The notes below the pieces were generated by a model. The model saw only the letters and a program-made list of their open reading frames with translations. It was not told the origin of the DNA and did not search any database. Shown one piece after another: positions 39,640 to 53,772 of a stretch of 64,000 bases of DNA (its first letter is position 1; every line of letters starts with the position of its first letter). The translations under genes were made by a program, and so were the position numbers. The stretch comes from Nitrospirales bacterium. GTDB taxonomy: Bacteria; Nitrospirota; Nitrospiria; Nitrospirales; UBA8639. Location: assembly GCA_965203295.1 (NCBI GenBank), contig CBDBCZ010000018.1:2336001-2400000 (forward strand). The letters are read 5' to 3'.

Positions 39640-40925
39640 ATACAATGTTAGAACTGCCCTGAAAGCTAGGATAGTTAATGGTCAATTACTTATACTATGT
39701 TTCAGGGACTATTATGTTTAATTATTGTACACTTTCAGGGAAAGTCCATTAATAGCCAACACAAGGGTAAAAATGATAACAGGCAGTGTAAGTTATGTGG
39801 GGAAGAATGTGAGAGTGTAGTACATGTGCTCTGGCAGTGTCCTGTGTATGATACCATTTGAAATCTTTTGAGGGGGGGGGGAAGGAGCTCTGAAGAGTTT
39901 AGTATGCTCAATAATTTTAAGAAAACAGCCTCTGTTTTTAGGGTGTGAGATTTGGGACCTCTCATTTCGAAGAATACATTATGGTTGGACCAGGCAGCAT
40001 GACAGCTGAGAGCTGACAGCCAGCAAATTGTTGATAGTGCCCAACTTGTACCGCAAAACAAGTCAACTGTACACCACAAAAACTAGCTACTTGTACATAA
40101 AATAGGCTGGGATGGGCCAAACAAGGAGTAATGTGGGCACAACATATTTAGGACACATGGCCAGTGTGCGCAGGGGAAAAAACACCATCACTTAAAAAAC
40201 CTCAACATGTGAGGAAAAACAGTGAGGTGAAAAAACAAAGGAAACAAAACCTCCCAGCAACACACAGCAACACACACACAAAATGATTGCACAATTGTCC
40301 ACTCCATACGGTCTCTGGACATGCACTTGGCTTCTAGAACTGTCTCTGCACTGGTGTCAACTCCATACAGCCTCCGTAGGTGCGCTCAGCATACAGAAGT
40401 CTTGCCACCAGCTCAAGACGGCTGTCAAACTCCATACAGTCTCAGTAGATGGAGGTCAGGCTTTCACAGCCCGATGTACCTCAGCAGGAAAAAAAAACAC
40501 TCCACATGACTACTGTATTATATATACTCCCACCACAATCCTTCACTTCACTGCTGCTGCTGCCGAGAGATGCTCCAAGCAGCCCCAGCATAAGCTTATA
40601 TACCCACAGCCCAGCCTAGTAGCAACCAGTTGGAATTTTCCACCACACTGGCGGTGGCTTAGCTCTAGCTAACTGCGCATGCAACAATGAGAGCGCATTT
40701 TCCATTTAATTCACTGCGCTCAAACAACAGAAAATATACAGGTATAATTTTAAGGCTTATTTAAGACTAGTTAAGATGTATTATTAATCTGGAAGATATA
40801 GTGATCTGGATGTTGTAACAACTGATTGCTCTTCCTCTTGTCTTCTGACTGGAGATGTTACAAGCTCTGCCTGTGTATGTGGGTGTGTGGTCAATGGCAT
40901 AAGTGCAACGGCAGCGACATTAGAA
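39640..40925 (+). mobile_element. LINE 3' fragments (Cys-rich C-terminus and 3' end), interrupted
   Basis: CKLCGEECESVVHVLWQCPVY at ~39785-39850; shared 3' end at 40826-40923. Confidence 0.65.
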
Positions 40926-41975
40926 TATTATACATACATGTAGTTATCCTACGTTTTAGGGTGTTCAAACATAGTGCACAACCCAGATAATTCATCTTGC
41001 AGTTATCAGCTGGGTAAAATTGCTGCAAGATAGATCTGGGCAAGAAGTTACATATGGTAGGAGGTTAGACAGCCCTTCAATGATGCAGCGTGCACATTTA
41101 TTCCAAGAAACGTACGTGCATGTACATGTAGCTAGCCTGTGTAGTAATGTACTGCATGACATACGTACAATAATGTGACTTTGCAACCCCCATTACATCA
41201 TAACAAAGGTTCATTGTACCTAGATAGCAAGAATGTTCCCACTTTTTATTACCAATTAGTACAAGGTTATAATAGTTTATTTTAGTAAGTGGCAATGTTA
41301 TCCATGCCTTCAGCTCAGTTAGCAGAAAATTAAATATGCACACAACTTGTAGCTAGTATTGCTATGCTTATATTGTTCAATGAACATGAAAATGAAAATA
41401 AAATGTAACATTATTATACAACTATTGAGGCGATCATCCCTGCTATCTCTACACACACCACCTCCTACAATAAAAATTTCAGGTATTTAGTGTTAACACC
41501 CCTCTAGTTTAATTATTTATATAGTAAGTATTTATTATATGCAGTTTTATTGCAGACATTGTGGTTGTCTACTTTTCCTGGAATAAGCAGGTGTTACACA
41601 ATCATGTGCATTCCTTTTGGTAGTACAAGTGAGCATGTACTATCATAAGGAGTGCTCATGTAACACCCACATTTTCCAAGAAAAGAGTTCATTAGCAATG
41701 CATGGGCTACCTTAAGGTGTGACACTATGTATTCCAGGAAAAATACTACCCACCTGTGCCAAGAAAAACACAATGTCTATTTGCATATCTTCACTGACTA
41801 AACCAACTCATCAAATAGAGGTAGTAATGTACGTAGCCTCGAACCCAGACTCTCATCCAGCTTTTCGTTGCTTGCAGAGAGCCTGGGACCGAGGCTAGTA
41901 CTGCATGGTGCTAGTAGAGCACCGCCAGCTCATACTTAGACGTAAGCTTGCAAGTATGAAATTATCAGAGGGCAG

Positions 41976-42138
41976 AACAATTTTAATTAGCAACCAAGAA
42001 GCATGCACTAACTCCTATGCTACTTTTAGTTCAGGTTTGGGAAAGTCAAATTAGTAAAAAAGGATTGACTTTTCTAAACCTGAACTAAAAGTAGCAAAGG
42101 AGTTAGTGCATGCTTCTTGGTTGCTAATAAAAATTGTT
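41976..42138. repeat. Near-perfect 163-bp palindrome (~74-bp arms)
   Basis: aacaattttaattagcaaccaagaagcatgcactaactcc...aagtcaa is followed after a short loop by its reverse complement, with few mismatches. Confidence 0.95.
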
Positions 42139-43056
42139 AGTAGAAAAGGTGTTTACCGGCTGTTTCAATCGCTTGGGGGAGTTGGATTTGGGTAGGTACG
42201 TAAGTTATAATGCGTGTTGAATTGTGAATGTGCGTGCTGCTGGGAAAAGACGTCTAGATATGCAGTTCTTCCTCCCAAACTATTGGCCGCATTCCTCTGC
42301 GGTTGATACACGGAGTACATGTACAGAAACCTTGATATACTTTAGTGGTATGGGAATGGTACTAAAGAGGAGTGTAGAAATGTGTTGGTAATCCTTTCAC
42401 ATTGCCAGCATTCTCGGCAGCTACTACCATATACATAGTGACTGCAAGATCATAAAGTGAGCCTACAACAGCATCTTTTATACTTCCATGAATGTCTGAG
42501 TATAGTGCTTTCACACATCTGACGTAGATACCAGACTAGCTCACTATATAGCTAACTGTTCTGATGACTGCACTGTACATAGTAACATTGTATAACCAAG
42601 ATGAAAGCATTTAGCAATCAGATGTCCTGGAAAGCTAATACTTAGTCAACATTGCTTGCATATTTTGTCACCCAGAAACAAGGTTCTGTGGCGTTATTGA
42701 ATTATGTAGAGTTTTATAACCGCTCGACAACATCTGTCATGATAAGAAATGATTTTGACTTATTTTAGGTCACTCTTAACAATGTTTACTATGCTTCTTG
42801 AAAGTGTCAACTAGAAAGACTCAACTACATATGCACTCTCCTGTGATGTAACATGTAACTTTAGCTGTAGCTGTATTCATGGCTGTGAGAGAGTGACACT
42901 AATTGCACAAGAATGATATCTGTTAAGATAATTATACTGATTAGAGGGGTGGGCACAATATATCTATTCGTATTTCAGAAGATTGCAGCAGCAGTCCTCA
43001 GTGCCCCTAAAGAAGCTTATCAATCTGTATTCTCTACTGCATTTCACTCCATGCAG

Positions 43057-43179
43057 ACATTGATAAATGTGTAAGAGGCGCTGATAACTGTGACATAAGT
43101 GCAATTTGCTCAGACACTGAAGGAAGCTTCAACTGTACATGTGTCACTGGATATGAAGGGGATGGAGTGAATTGCACAA
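43057..43179 (+). CDS. Calcium-binding EGF-like exon (phase 1-1)
   Basis: ag|...|gt bounded, 123 nt: DIDKCVRGADNCDISAICSDTEGSFNCTCVTGYEGDGVNCT. Confidence 0.8.
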
Positions 43180-44499
43180 GTGAGTCATATTGTAAAAGGG
43201 GTAGGCATATTTTCAATCAGTTTGTTTGTTTAATGTATCCGTTCATGCTAGTTTGAAATATGTATTGTATGCTCCAAACAAAAAAGTAGATTCAGAAAAC
43301 AATTGAATTTTAAAATGATTGCAACCACTTTAAATTACTTTATTACCTAAAAAACAATGTCTCTCAAAATGTGTAGGGTATATGGAATACAGAGCAGATT
43401 ATGGAGTTTAACATAAGTGCTCAGGAATGAAAAGAGGGTAAGATATAAAAAAAATTACAACGCTTTATAACAAGGGCGGCCTCACCAAAATTAGCTATAA
43501 CTCTGAGCTTTGTGGAAGTGGCTTCCAAAGCATGTAGCTCTCTGTATGTGGGTCAGACACGCCTCTCACGTGCGCATGGCATCAAATCTGGGTCTGGGCA
43601 CGAGACTTAGGACGAAACACGTGCGTTGGATCTTATACTCATTTGATTTTGTTATATACTGCTGCCCCTGTGGTGTGATGTAAAAATGTTTATCTATCTA
43701 TCTATACCATTGAGCTGTTCTGTTAACTTCAGACTGTGGTTGTGATTATAATATCAAAACTGCAATGATTTTTGACAATTTATGTTTCACATTAAACACT
43801 ATAAGCCTACAACACAACAATAGAATAACTTACCATGAACCTCATTGGCTGCAGAGGACACACGCATTGATATAACATGCACACTCACGTGAATGAACTT
43901 GGTTAACTTCATGTAAACTAATGTACGTATTTTCAGGAAGTTTGAATACCTGACTCGTCATGTATAGGGCATTATATAATTAGCTGTCTCAACAGGACTA
44001 AATTCATTCAGTGAATTCCAAAATCTTGCAGTTAGCTAGCTGTGCCGAGGGTTCAGTACTTCAGTGCTATTCATTATAATTGCATTTCAGTGAGCTCAAT
44101 TTACTAGTTATTTCCCTTTATGAATATAGGAAAAATGAAACTGAGGGTAGAAACCCGTGACTAATTAATCTTATTGATTGCACATAGCAGCAGTTGTGCC
44201 ACGATACACGGTGCACTAGCTGTGCAAGAATTTGCCTATAGCCTGTGCTTTATTATATGTGGCTATGTGTATGCAAACCTGAGAATGAGGCTGATGACAA
44301 TCTACCCCCGGAATATCCACTATTGTTGAGTAAAGGGGTGGAGATTAGCCATGCCAGTGAGTATCTACAGAAATTTCGGTGAATGGTACATGTATTCCTG
44401 CTGAGCAAGCCTTTGCATCTCCCTCTGACAATGATGCTGTAACAGTTCATTGCAAGTCTTAATAATTATTCTTCAGTAGTGGTGAGCCATGATTGTTAA

Positions 44500-45085
44500 C
44501 CCTTTGGCTTCCGAGAGCGCCAAATGGCGCTCTTAAAATGCCTTGTCTTATCAGCCACGTAGTGCCGCGTAGTACGCAGCAACCGCAACGATTATATCCT
44601 GTTTACTTTGCGCATGTATTGACCTCTATACTGATATATATTTTATAAATATTCATAGCTTCCTGTACGGATATAACAACCACAAAAATGTCGCTCTCGT
44701 GCGCTAATGCGCTAGTCCGCGCTGCAACTTGTCTGGTCGGTGCTTCCTTCTGGTCTTCTCAGTTTCTGTAGGTTCTCTGGGTCTGTGACCCGTCTGTGCA
44801 TCTCCAGAGCCTATTCTATACTGTAGCTACTGCCTATCAGTCATCATACTTCGTGCTTTAGCTAACTACCGTGCTCAGCCTGAAAATTACAAGTTTACAG
44901 CGCTTTTACAAGTCACGTGACCTAACACGTGTTTCCATGGCAACGCATGTGCCTAGCGCCTCCGGGGATTTCCCTCAGGGCATTCTACAGTGCAGTAGGG
45001 CCTAGCAGGAGACAGTAATAATTCAGATTACTGGAGGTAAGCTCACAGACTAAAATAATATTCACAAATCTAGGAAGCCAAAGGG
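44500..45085. mobile_element. Non-autonomous piggyBac-like element
   Basis: TTAA|ccctttggcttcc ... ggaagccaaaggg|TTAA (13-bp perfect TIR, TTAA TSD). Confidence 0.85.
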
Positions 45086-45181
45086 TTAATCTACCTGCCT
45101 CTGGGGAGGAGCATGAATTCAAACTGATGTGTCAGCTGTAATATTATTCTTAGCATAATACTACTGTGACATGTACATCTT

Positions 45182-45219
<38 letters not shown>

Positions 45220-48200
45220 CCAGAGCACAGTACCGAGGCTGTGACTCATCAACTCCTTGTCAGGAGACATTTACACCTTCCCCTGACACTGTTATATTTA
45301 ACACTAATGTTGAGTATGTTGATGGTGGTAGTTTTGGACAACATCAAGAAGTCAGACGCTCACTGTTATATCGTGGAGAGGCCCGGATTTCAAGCGGACT
45401 GATGTATTCCTGCAGTAACCTAGACTCTTCTTCATGTACAGATTCTGAAGAAGGAACTGTCGTACAGGGTGAAACACAAAATACATATGATTTTTCAGTG
45501 CAACTACAACTTGATGACCCCATCGCAAACTCGGTTGGCACATTGAGCAAAACCTTTCATGTCACGATCAGTAAGATTGTACAGAGTTGTGTTGCTAGCA
45601 TACAGTAGCCTTGTTCCCAGGCTCAACTCCCACAGCTTTTTTTGCACTATAAAATGCTGGGGGGGTAGAGCCTGTGAACGAGGCTAAGCATACAGTGTAT
45701 GATTGCTGAGCATCTTAGCATAGTGTATAGTAGTTAATTTAAAAGCCAAAAATGAGTAATGGCAGATTTTAAATTATCAGGATGCTAGTGGATAGTGCAT
45801 TACATCATCTGTAGTGTAACATATTACATGGTGAGCTCTATCACATTGTATTGATCATTTTTTGCTATCACTTTTTATGCAGTAGAATCACTGCAAATAA
45901 AATCTTAGTTGGCAATCACTGAGTAGTACATGTATGCAGTAGTCTCCTGGACTGTAGGTAGGCTGACTACAGCTCCCATGCTTTAGCGCTTGCATACGTG
46001 TAATTCATATGCATATGAGCACCAGCATATATTGACTAGTGAATCACTTACATGTCATAGTGATACAGCTTCTACAGCAACATGGCTGCTGAAAGTCACA
46101 TGATAGTCAGTCCCCCAGTGTGATCAGTCTGTCTGTATTCATGAGTCTCCCAGCTTTAGTGGTGCTTTTGGGGAAATTTTAATGTCTCACCAACTCTCAA
46201 GATTTTTTCAAGTTACAATCAACTGTCTGTGATGCAAGACTGAGTAGTAATACCGTATCACTAGTCTCTACATCACTGCCAAATGACTAACCTAACTACT
46301 GGCCATTGTCGTATAACTATAGCAGTAAATATGCTACAAACCCAATCATTTACTTTTTACGATGTGACAATTAATCTTTTTGTACTCATTTGCAGCTTGT
46401 GTGGTACGTACATAAAGCATTGTAGATATTAAGTTTAGTGCAAGTATATTGAATGTTAGTAGATGTGGCACTGTACCCTTTGCGAGCTAGATTAACATTG
46501 CAAGAGGTGAATTTACCTTTCCGTTTGTTTTTTTTTATAGATGCTTCTACCACTCCTGAACCTACTACTACTACTGCTGCTACTACTACTCCCACTAGCT
46601 CTTCTACTACTGGTACATGTATGTCCAGATTATGTATCCTTGGCAGTGGAACATGAATACAAGTGGGGCCAGGGTGGTATGGTATCAAGCCAAGGAGTAT
46701 ATACCTGCCATGCAATATGGTTATCAGGGGTGGAGTGTTGGTCTCCCTACTGGTATGAAGTGCATAGCCCAACCAGCAGGGTGTGCATGAAGTTTGTGAA
46801 CAGCTCGTTCTATAGGGTTTCACATTTTATGCATTTGTCTGTTTGTCTGTCTATGTATCCAAGCCCGTCATGTGTGCAATATATTATGTCGCATATTACT
46901 TTTTCAATATCTAGGAAACAGAAAACTAAACTCGTTTGGCCTGCAAACCTGCTAGTGGATTAGTTGCATAGTAGCAGACCAGGGTGTGCCATACGTTGTA
47001 TTGCACACATGACGAAATGCACGCACACAAACAAAACGTGGTCAATGTTGTAGGACCTGCCGTTCACACATTTTACAATCAGTTGGCAATTCCCTTCGCA
47101 CAACTGATTAGCCAAAATGTTCAGGCCTTTTACCTACCTAACTCTTGACTATAAGGCATACAGAGTTATAGGAAGTTAATGTTAATTGCCTTTCTTTTCT
47201 TCATTTTGGAGGTACAGATGGCAACTGTAAGTATTGCAGTGGTGTGCTCATGGTAAATGTATGGTATGGGTGGGTATGAGTACCTTCATGTGAAGAATTA
47301 GAGAGAGAAATGTAATATAATTGACTTCGGCTGATCCTGGATCCCGAAACTTTAGAAACAATGCTCAGCATTCCGTTATTGCATGCCCCAAGTAACACCC
47401 TTAGCCAGTTATTTGAAAACTTTGCATATAAATAAGTTTGTGACCTGACAATAGCTGATCGTGTCTTCCTTCCACTGGCTGCTAGTTTTAGTCATGGTGG
47501 CATTAGTGACTTGTCACTGGCCTTGTTGGGATTGCTGATTATTTAGGGCATAGTATCGCTTTGCTACACAGCCATAACCTACTGTTTCAAGGCTCTCCTG
47601 ACTATCCTTGTTCCCAGTCCTGCAAATCCCAGCTTTTATCTTGAGGCTGGGGTGGATAGGACTGAGAACAAGGCTAGTCCTGACTGTGTGCCCATAATAT
47701 CTCCTGTGGGAAAAAAATTGATTTTTCACATGAGAGCTTCCCATTCTTACTCCCTTCTACCTCTCTATGTCATTGTGCACACCTGCTGTGATGCAGTACC
47801 CAGCGCATTCTCACAGAAATCATTGCAGCACGTATGAGGATCATACCTGTCCTATTCTCATACAGTCAGTGGCATGATAGTCGGCTGTGCCTCCATCTTT
47901 AGCACAACTCTTAGCGGATTAACACAAATGTATTTGCTCAATTCTCCGGTAATATTCACTGCTGTAAGAGCTGTCTGGTACAGCAAACAACTTTGCTTCT
48001 TTAATGGACTCAGGTATATGCATTTCTGAAATAGTAACAGGAAGTTTAATCTTTCATGTGGGAGCTTCCTACTCTTAATACCTTCCACCTCCCTACATTA
48101 TATTGCTATTCTGAACTTTGTTTTGCCTTTACCCTCAGCTCAGCGTGGTTCTGATGACAGTACAACTGTGGTAGCAGTGGTTGTGCCATTGTCTATCATC

Positions 48201-48371
48201 CTTGTTGCCCTCTTGGTTGTCGCAGTCTTCGGAGTAGTGTTCGTTGCTGTCAAACATGGTGGCACAAAGTCCTCAGTGTATGAGCTGAATGGTGAATTGC
48301 AAGAAAAGAAAGCTCATCCAGAAAGTATAATTGAAGATTATTGCCTCCCAGAAAATGAACCATCAATGGAG
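45220..48371 (+). CDS. Exons of a type I single-pass membrane protein (Ig-like/beta-sandwich domain, Thr-rich stalk, TM, cytoplasmic tail)
   Basis: Phase-compatible open exons: 45220-45570 (351 nt, after a CA repeat), 46541-46612 (ASTTPEPTTTTAATTTPTSSSTT) and 48139-48371 (VVAVVVPLSIILVALLVVAVFGVVFVAV-KH, then SVYEL and EDYCL). Confidence 0.75.
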
Positions 48372-50654
48372 GTACATGTATAAGTTTAGCATGCACATTT
48401 TTGCTGTTTTCACTCACACCTTAACAGTCACCACTACGTCTTGATATCAAATATGTGACTATTTTTGGTATGCCTGCTGGTAATATTAAATCAGTTTTCA
48501 ATTTTCAAGTGGGTGAGACTTCCAGTATGGAATATGACTTGTCATTCTGTTGATTGAGGTGAACCTTACACAAGTATCATCAATGAGATAGCACAGGCTA
48601 TAGAGGAAATCCAATAAAGTCCAAGTACTAATACACAAGTTAGGCATAATAAAGAGCAAAACCTACAAGTAGTTGTGCTCTCTTCTCTTGCACAACTACC
48701 TGGGCTACATGTAGTTGAACTTGCTCGCTTCGCTTGCTCTATACAGATAGAAATGAAGTGCAGTAGAAATGGGGTTTGTGGTCGGCAAGGCCTACTCTGA
48801 ATATTCTGTTCAAAACTCACTGAAAATTGCCCTATTACTACTGCATTATTCTTGATGCTTCTTCGTGCCTATTGTTATAGATGGATAGATAGATAGATAT
48901 CCAGGAATGTCCCATCAGCTTAAGCTGGTCTGCGTGGGCATCCTGAACAAACAGTAACTATAATACATCAACAAACACATCAACGTAAATCACAAGACTG
49001 AGTAGGGAGTTCATCCGATGCCATTCTGACCCTGGTTCTAGACCGGGAGGGTATTGGTGACCACAATAATCTTGGCCTAAGCCTATATTGGAACTCTATA
49101 ATAAGCAGTCACCCTTCAACCATGGCTGTGATAGAAGAGGTGGTTGTGTTCACTGTATTATGAGGTCCATTGTGCATTACCAATATGTAGGTTGGGCCAC
49201 AATATTATAGTGGCCATTATTGGGAGGTGGCTGCCACATAGAGTGAACCTATTACGAACACAATGGAACATACAATGAATTAAATTAAGTACGCACACTC
49301 ACGTAGTATCAGATGTACATGTATTAAACAGGCAGATGAAGTGATCGATATGTAGTGCAGTCATTCTGACTTTGGAACACAAAAAAATAATTCAGTTTTG
49401 CCAAAAGTCTCTTACATTCTGCGATATAGTTCACCGGCTGTGAGAGGGCAACAGCTCTCAGCTGGATCCTGGGAAGGGCCAGGATGTGGTACTCCACAGT
49501 AGCCCCAAGCCTGACCATGTGCGACTTCTGCCCTGCATGGGGAAACCAAAAGAAATTTGCAGCTGTTCTTGATCTCCATTCATTCAGAGCCTCTTAGCCC
49601 AGAATCAAAGGTCAAAACTGCCGTACACTGACTTTGTGTACAACAGGCAGTCCCAGCGGATGTGGTGGACTATTGTGAAATAATTTAACATGATTGAACA
49701 CGTCTATAAATAGGAGGAGGGGCTATGCTCACCTACACCTCTGGTTGGGGTGGGATCGGCGTTTGCAGCTGAATAGACACGGGATTGCTCTCATCATGAA
49801 CCTCAGATCAAGTGGACACTTGTACTCTCTGAAACAGACTGTCCACTTTTCGCAGAAACCTATCTCCCTGCTCAGGAGATTGGCGGGTTCCTCCTGGGTG
49901 TGATGAGCTTCTGAATGAATGGTGTCCAGCTGTGAGTGGACTTCTGCAGCAGATATAATTGAGGACAAATACAACTGAGTGTAATCATGAACAGGGTTCT
50001 ACTATTACAGCCACAAAAGAATATAATTATAGCAGCGAGGGAATTTTGAAAAGAGAAAGAACTGTGAGATTAAGGGAACAATCACCATATTAATGAGAAT
50101 GAGTAAGGTTGCAGTTTTTGGAGGTGAGAGTTACATGTGCTCAAGTGGGTTTCTGCAGAAATATTTTATTCCCTCAGCTAAATATCAAACAGCAACTGAT
50201 ATATTGAAAAGACAAAAAATGCTTAATAAGTTACTTTTCAAAAGCAAAAAAAAAAAAGAAATTAGCAAAAACAAACTTGGCGTTCATTTTAGTGAGCGTT
50301 TAAAAAAAAAAAAACGAAACTTTTTCAAAAAAAAAAGAGAAAAAGTTTCACCCGAAGGGCCAGGATGTGGAAGCTCAAGCGGCTAACGAACAAGAACTGA
50401 CCCCGATGGATCCACTCCGCAGCGTGTACAGGTTTATACTGGAATTAAGGGAGGTAGGGGGCGGTCCCTAAGCCATAATGCCCCAAACCTTCAGTGTACG
50501 AGCCGAGATTCGAACTCGCGATCACTGTCTCCAGATACTGTGCCACTGCTCCCAGCACCACGGGGGGTGTTGGTGATAGTAGATGAACATTTCTCTCTTT
50601 TATATCAGTACTATTCCTATAGACATTCGCAAGAGAAAAAAAGGAAAATTAAAG

Positions 50655-50724
50655 TTCCCGGGCGGATTCGAACCCGCGACCTTTTCAGTGAAAGGCGAAA
50701 CGATTGCCGCTAAGCCACGCCTGC
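50655..50724 (-). other. Degenerate tRNA-like sequence (pseudo-tRNA/SINE head)
   Basis: Minus strand has a gtggcttagcgg A-box and a ggttcgaatcc B-box, with poor stems. A second B-box-like remnant lies at ~50505-50520. Confidence 0.55.
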
Positions 50725-51123
50725 TTCTGGATATTTGATTGAAAATTTTCCCGTTAAATAAGGGGTATGGCAATAGACGCAAACAGGTCGAAGTTTTGTA
50801 TCATTGCTAGGTCTTTAAGTATTAGTTAGACCAAGCAACAAGGTTACTACAATGTTTTGAGCACCAGAGGGACTAATTGGCTGAAGCACAACCTACTTAT
50901 TGACCGAGGCGGAGCTGTCGCTGACGCGAGTGTTGAGAAATTGCTAGCTGACGCTGAAAGCTCGTTTTGCACTACTGCTGTAAGCCAAGTTGGCATAGTA
51001 ACATACTAACATCCACATCTGCTAGTACCTATGGTTCGCCAAAGTCTGAGAAAGCTGTGAATTAGGGTGCCGTTTGTGCCAAAATCAATTTTTTGAGATA
51101 CTTTGACTAGAGAATATATGGCA

Positions 51124-51370
51124 TTTACTAAATACCCATGGTTATTTAGTAAATACTCATGGTTACTTAGTAAATACCCATGGTTACTTAGTAAATACCC
51201 ATGGTTACTTAGTAAATACCCATGGTTACTTAGTAAATACCCAGGGTTATTACCTGGCATTTGCTAAATACCCATGGTCATTTACTAAATACGTAATTGC
51301 TAAATACCATGATCATTTACCATGATCATTTACCATGATCATTTACCCATGGTCATTTGCTAAATACCTG
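51124..51370. repeat. 21-bp minisatellite (ttagtaaatacccatggttac)n with degenerate tail
   Basis: About six good tandem copies, then shorter degenerate units. Confidence 0.9.
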
Positions 51371-52011
51371 ACATTTGCTGAATAGTCTCATTCCCAGCCC
51401 TGTAGGGCTGGGAACGAGATTAATCAGATGAGCATCACTGGAAATGCTCTCCCGAGATCGACTGTGTGACGGATTCTGACAGGTACTCATCTTAGCGATG
51501 GCCTTGTGGACAACTAATTCGCTGCCTATAGCCCGTACCCATACCCCAGACGTAAAAGTCGCGGAACAAGAGCACGATGATCTGGAATCAGGATTCAGAT
51601 TCAGAATAGACTATTATCTATGCTCTGAGTTTCTAAAACCTTGTAGTGACGAGCTCGCATCCGGTCTCTAGCCTATACTTAATTGTGAAACAGGTTTGCA
51701 TGTAGTGTGTTGTGCCAAAGTTGCACTACAGTACAGCTTTGTCTCGAAGGTCATTTACTGACTGTCAGTGCTCACATTGTGGTATTTTAGTCGAACTATC
51801 TACATACGTGTATTACAATAAGTAACATATTTGCCTGGACTGTGCACTTACATATATTAGCAACGTATGTAGAGCGCTTTTATGCAGTGGATCCCTTTTT
51901 ATTGGTATTGCCACAGATCATATACAAGTGAACCTACCAGTCTCTACTCCCCACCTAGCTTTTTTGCACAGAAACAGCTGAGTGGGGAGTAGAGACTGGG
52001 TACAAAGTTAA

Positions 52012-52370
52012 AGTGGTGTCCCACCCAATTGGACGTTCAATCTCAAAAAATGGTAGGGACTATGAAGGTAAAAATGCAACCCAGTAATTTTCTCAATGAG
52101 TTCTCTTCAATAAACACCTTTTTGAAACATACAGGGTAAATTTAACTTTCCAACTTTTTTCCTTGACCCCCCTCAGGAAGTACTAAATGTCATTGCATAG
52201 CACTCGTGGTTTTAGAGACTTTGGTGAAACTTTCAGGTGCATAGGGGGTAGCAAGCCAAGATATTGATGTCCCAAATTCATAAACAATAATGAAAAATTG
52301 ACATTGATATCTTGGCTTGTGTACAGAAATAAATGTTCAAAATAATATTATCTTTGGGTGGAACATCACC
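52012..52370. mobile_element. TTAA-flanked MITE (Kolobok-like)
   Basis: TTAA|agtggtgtcccacccaa ... ttgggtggaacatcacc|TTAA, with purine-purine termini. Confidence 0.65.
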
Positions 52371-52476
52371 TTAAGTGAACCCCACACCAGTCTTATTTAT
52401 TAATGTGGCAGCTAGTGGCAGCGTGTCCAACTGTGTGCATTTTGTGGTGTAAAGGGTGACTACATACAGTGTGTGT

Positions 52477-52529
<53 letters not shown>

Positions 52530-52530
52530 A

Positions 52531-52950
52531 CAGTGGTGGAGCTAGTGGTTAGAGCACTGGACTCACAACCCAAGTGGTAGTTCGAATCCCACATGATGAC
52601 TGGTGACTATATACCTACTATATATCATTTTTTCTATCATTAACATGTATTTGGTGTGAATTACGTATTATGTAATTGCCAGTACACACCAGCCCACCCA
52701 GCTGTAATGGGTACCTGGCAATTTGCTGGGGTGCAAATTCAACTGACTGCTCTCATGTATCAGCCTTGGTCCAGGTGGGACTCCGGGTGCCCACACCAGA
52801 CACTGAGAGAAGCAGGCAGTCCTTCGGCGAGCTCCTAGCCCAGCTCCATGAGTTTGCTAGAACTGGCTCATAGTGCTTGCTTAGTGCACAAGCAGCCTGG
52901 CTTTACCAGGTGCATGTGACCGCTTAGTGGCAGCAATAGAATTTGCATTT
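52531..52950 (+). mobile_element. tRNA-derived SINE inside a (GT)n microsatellite
   Basis: A-box gtggagctagtggttagagc, B-box gttcgaatccc and central ccacccagctgtaatgggtacc (resembles the Nin-type SINE core). (GT)n tracts lie on both sides (52469-52527, ~52952-53014). Confidence 0.75.
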
Positions 52951-52961
52951 TGTGTGTGTGC

Positions 52962-53015
<54 letters not shown>

Positions 53016-53772
53016 CATGCATGGAAGGAACAGCATTAAGTTGTATCCAAATACAAACAGGATAAGTGAAAACTGGATGAGTGACTAGTAACCATGAAAT
53101 ACTGGATACGGCAAAATAGTATTAGTTATATGTATACATGTCAGTTGTATGGGTTAGCCAAGACCTACGGATAATATTGGCATTATACGTATTGTTCAAG
53201 ACTTTCCCAGTGTCTTGGATTAGTAAAGATAAGTGCCTATATACGTAAGTACTGCATAATTATGGAAATGGATGACATTGCCTGTGGAAGCGCTCACTTT
53301 TTTGGCAGTTAATTCATTATTAGTCCAAGACATGAGCTTGTGAAGCTTGAAAGTGGAAATCATGTGGATTCATTGGAAACAATTTGGTAATCACCAGTAG
53401 AATCCCAGAAGAATTACTGGTCATTCTACATGTACTTGTCATTTATCCACAGACATATAAGTGAGATACAAGGAACACTGAATTAGCTGCACAAAATATC
53501 ACTCGCCTGTGTACATAGAAATAAAGGCCCAAACTCATGAAGTATGCATGGCCCCTGAAGTACTGTAAGGGTAGGCGTATATCATAGTCAGGGTGAACAC
53601 ACGGCAAATTGGCTGGCCCATACAAGTATGAGTTTCCATGATATAGATTCATTTCAGAATGATTCTTATATACAAAAATTGAAAGTAATACACAAAGTGG
53701 AAACAACATCAAAGTAGTTAAGCAATGCATATTAAATATTGTGTAAATGACAAAGTGGCCGACTAAGGTAAT

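Noticed and set aside
49330..49980. Exon-like GC-richer segments on the minus strand
   Set aside because: No frame gave a recognisable protein or a consistent splice model.
50093..50386. Lys-rich ORF
   Set aside because: Artefact of poly-A runs.
50655..50724. Functional tRNA gene
   Set aside because: A and B boxes are present, but acceptor and anticodon stems do not pair properly.
51124..51370. CRISPR-like array
   Set aside because: Head-to-tail 21-bp repeats with no unique spacers, no cas genes and a eukaryotic context.
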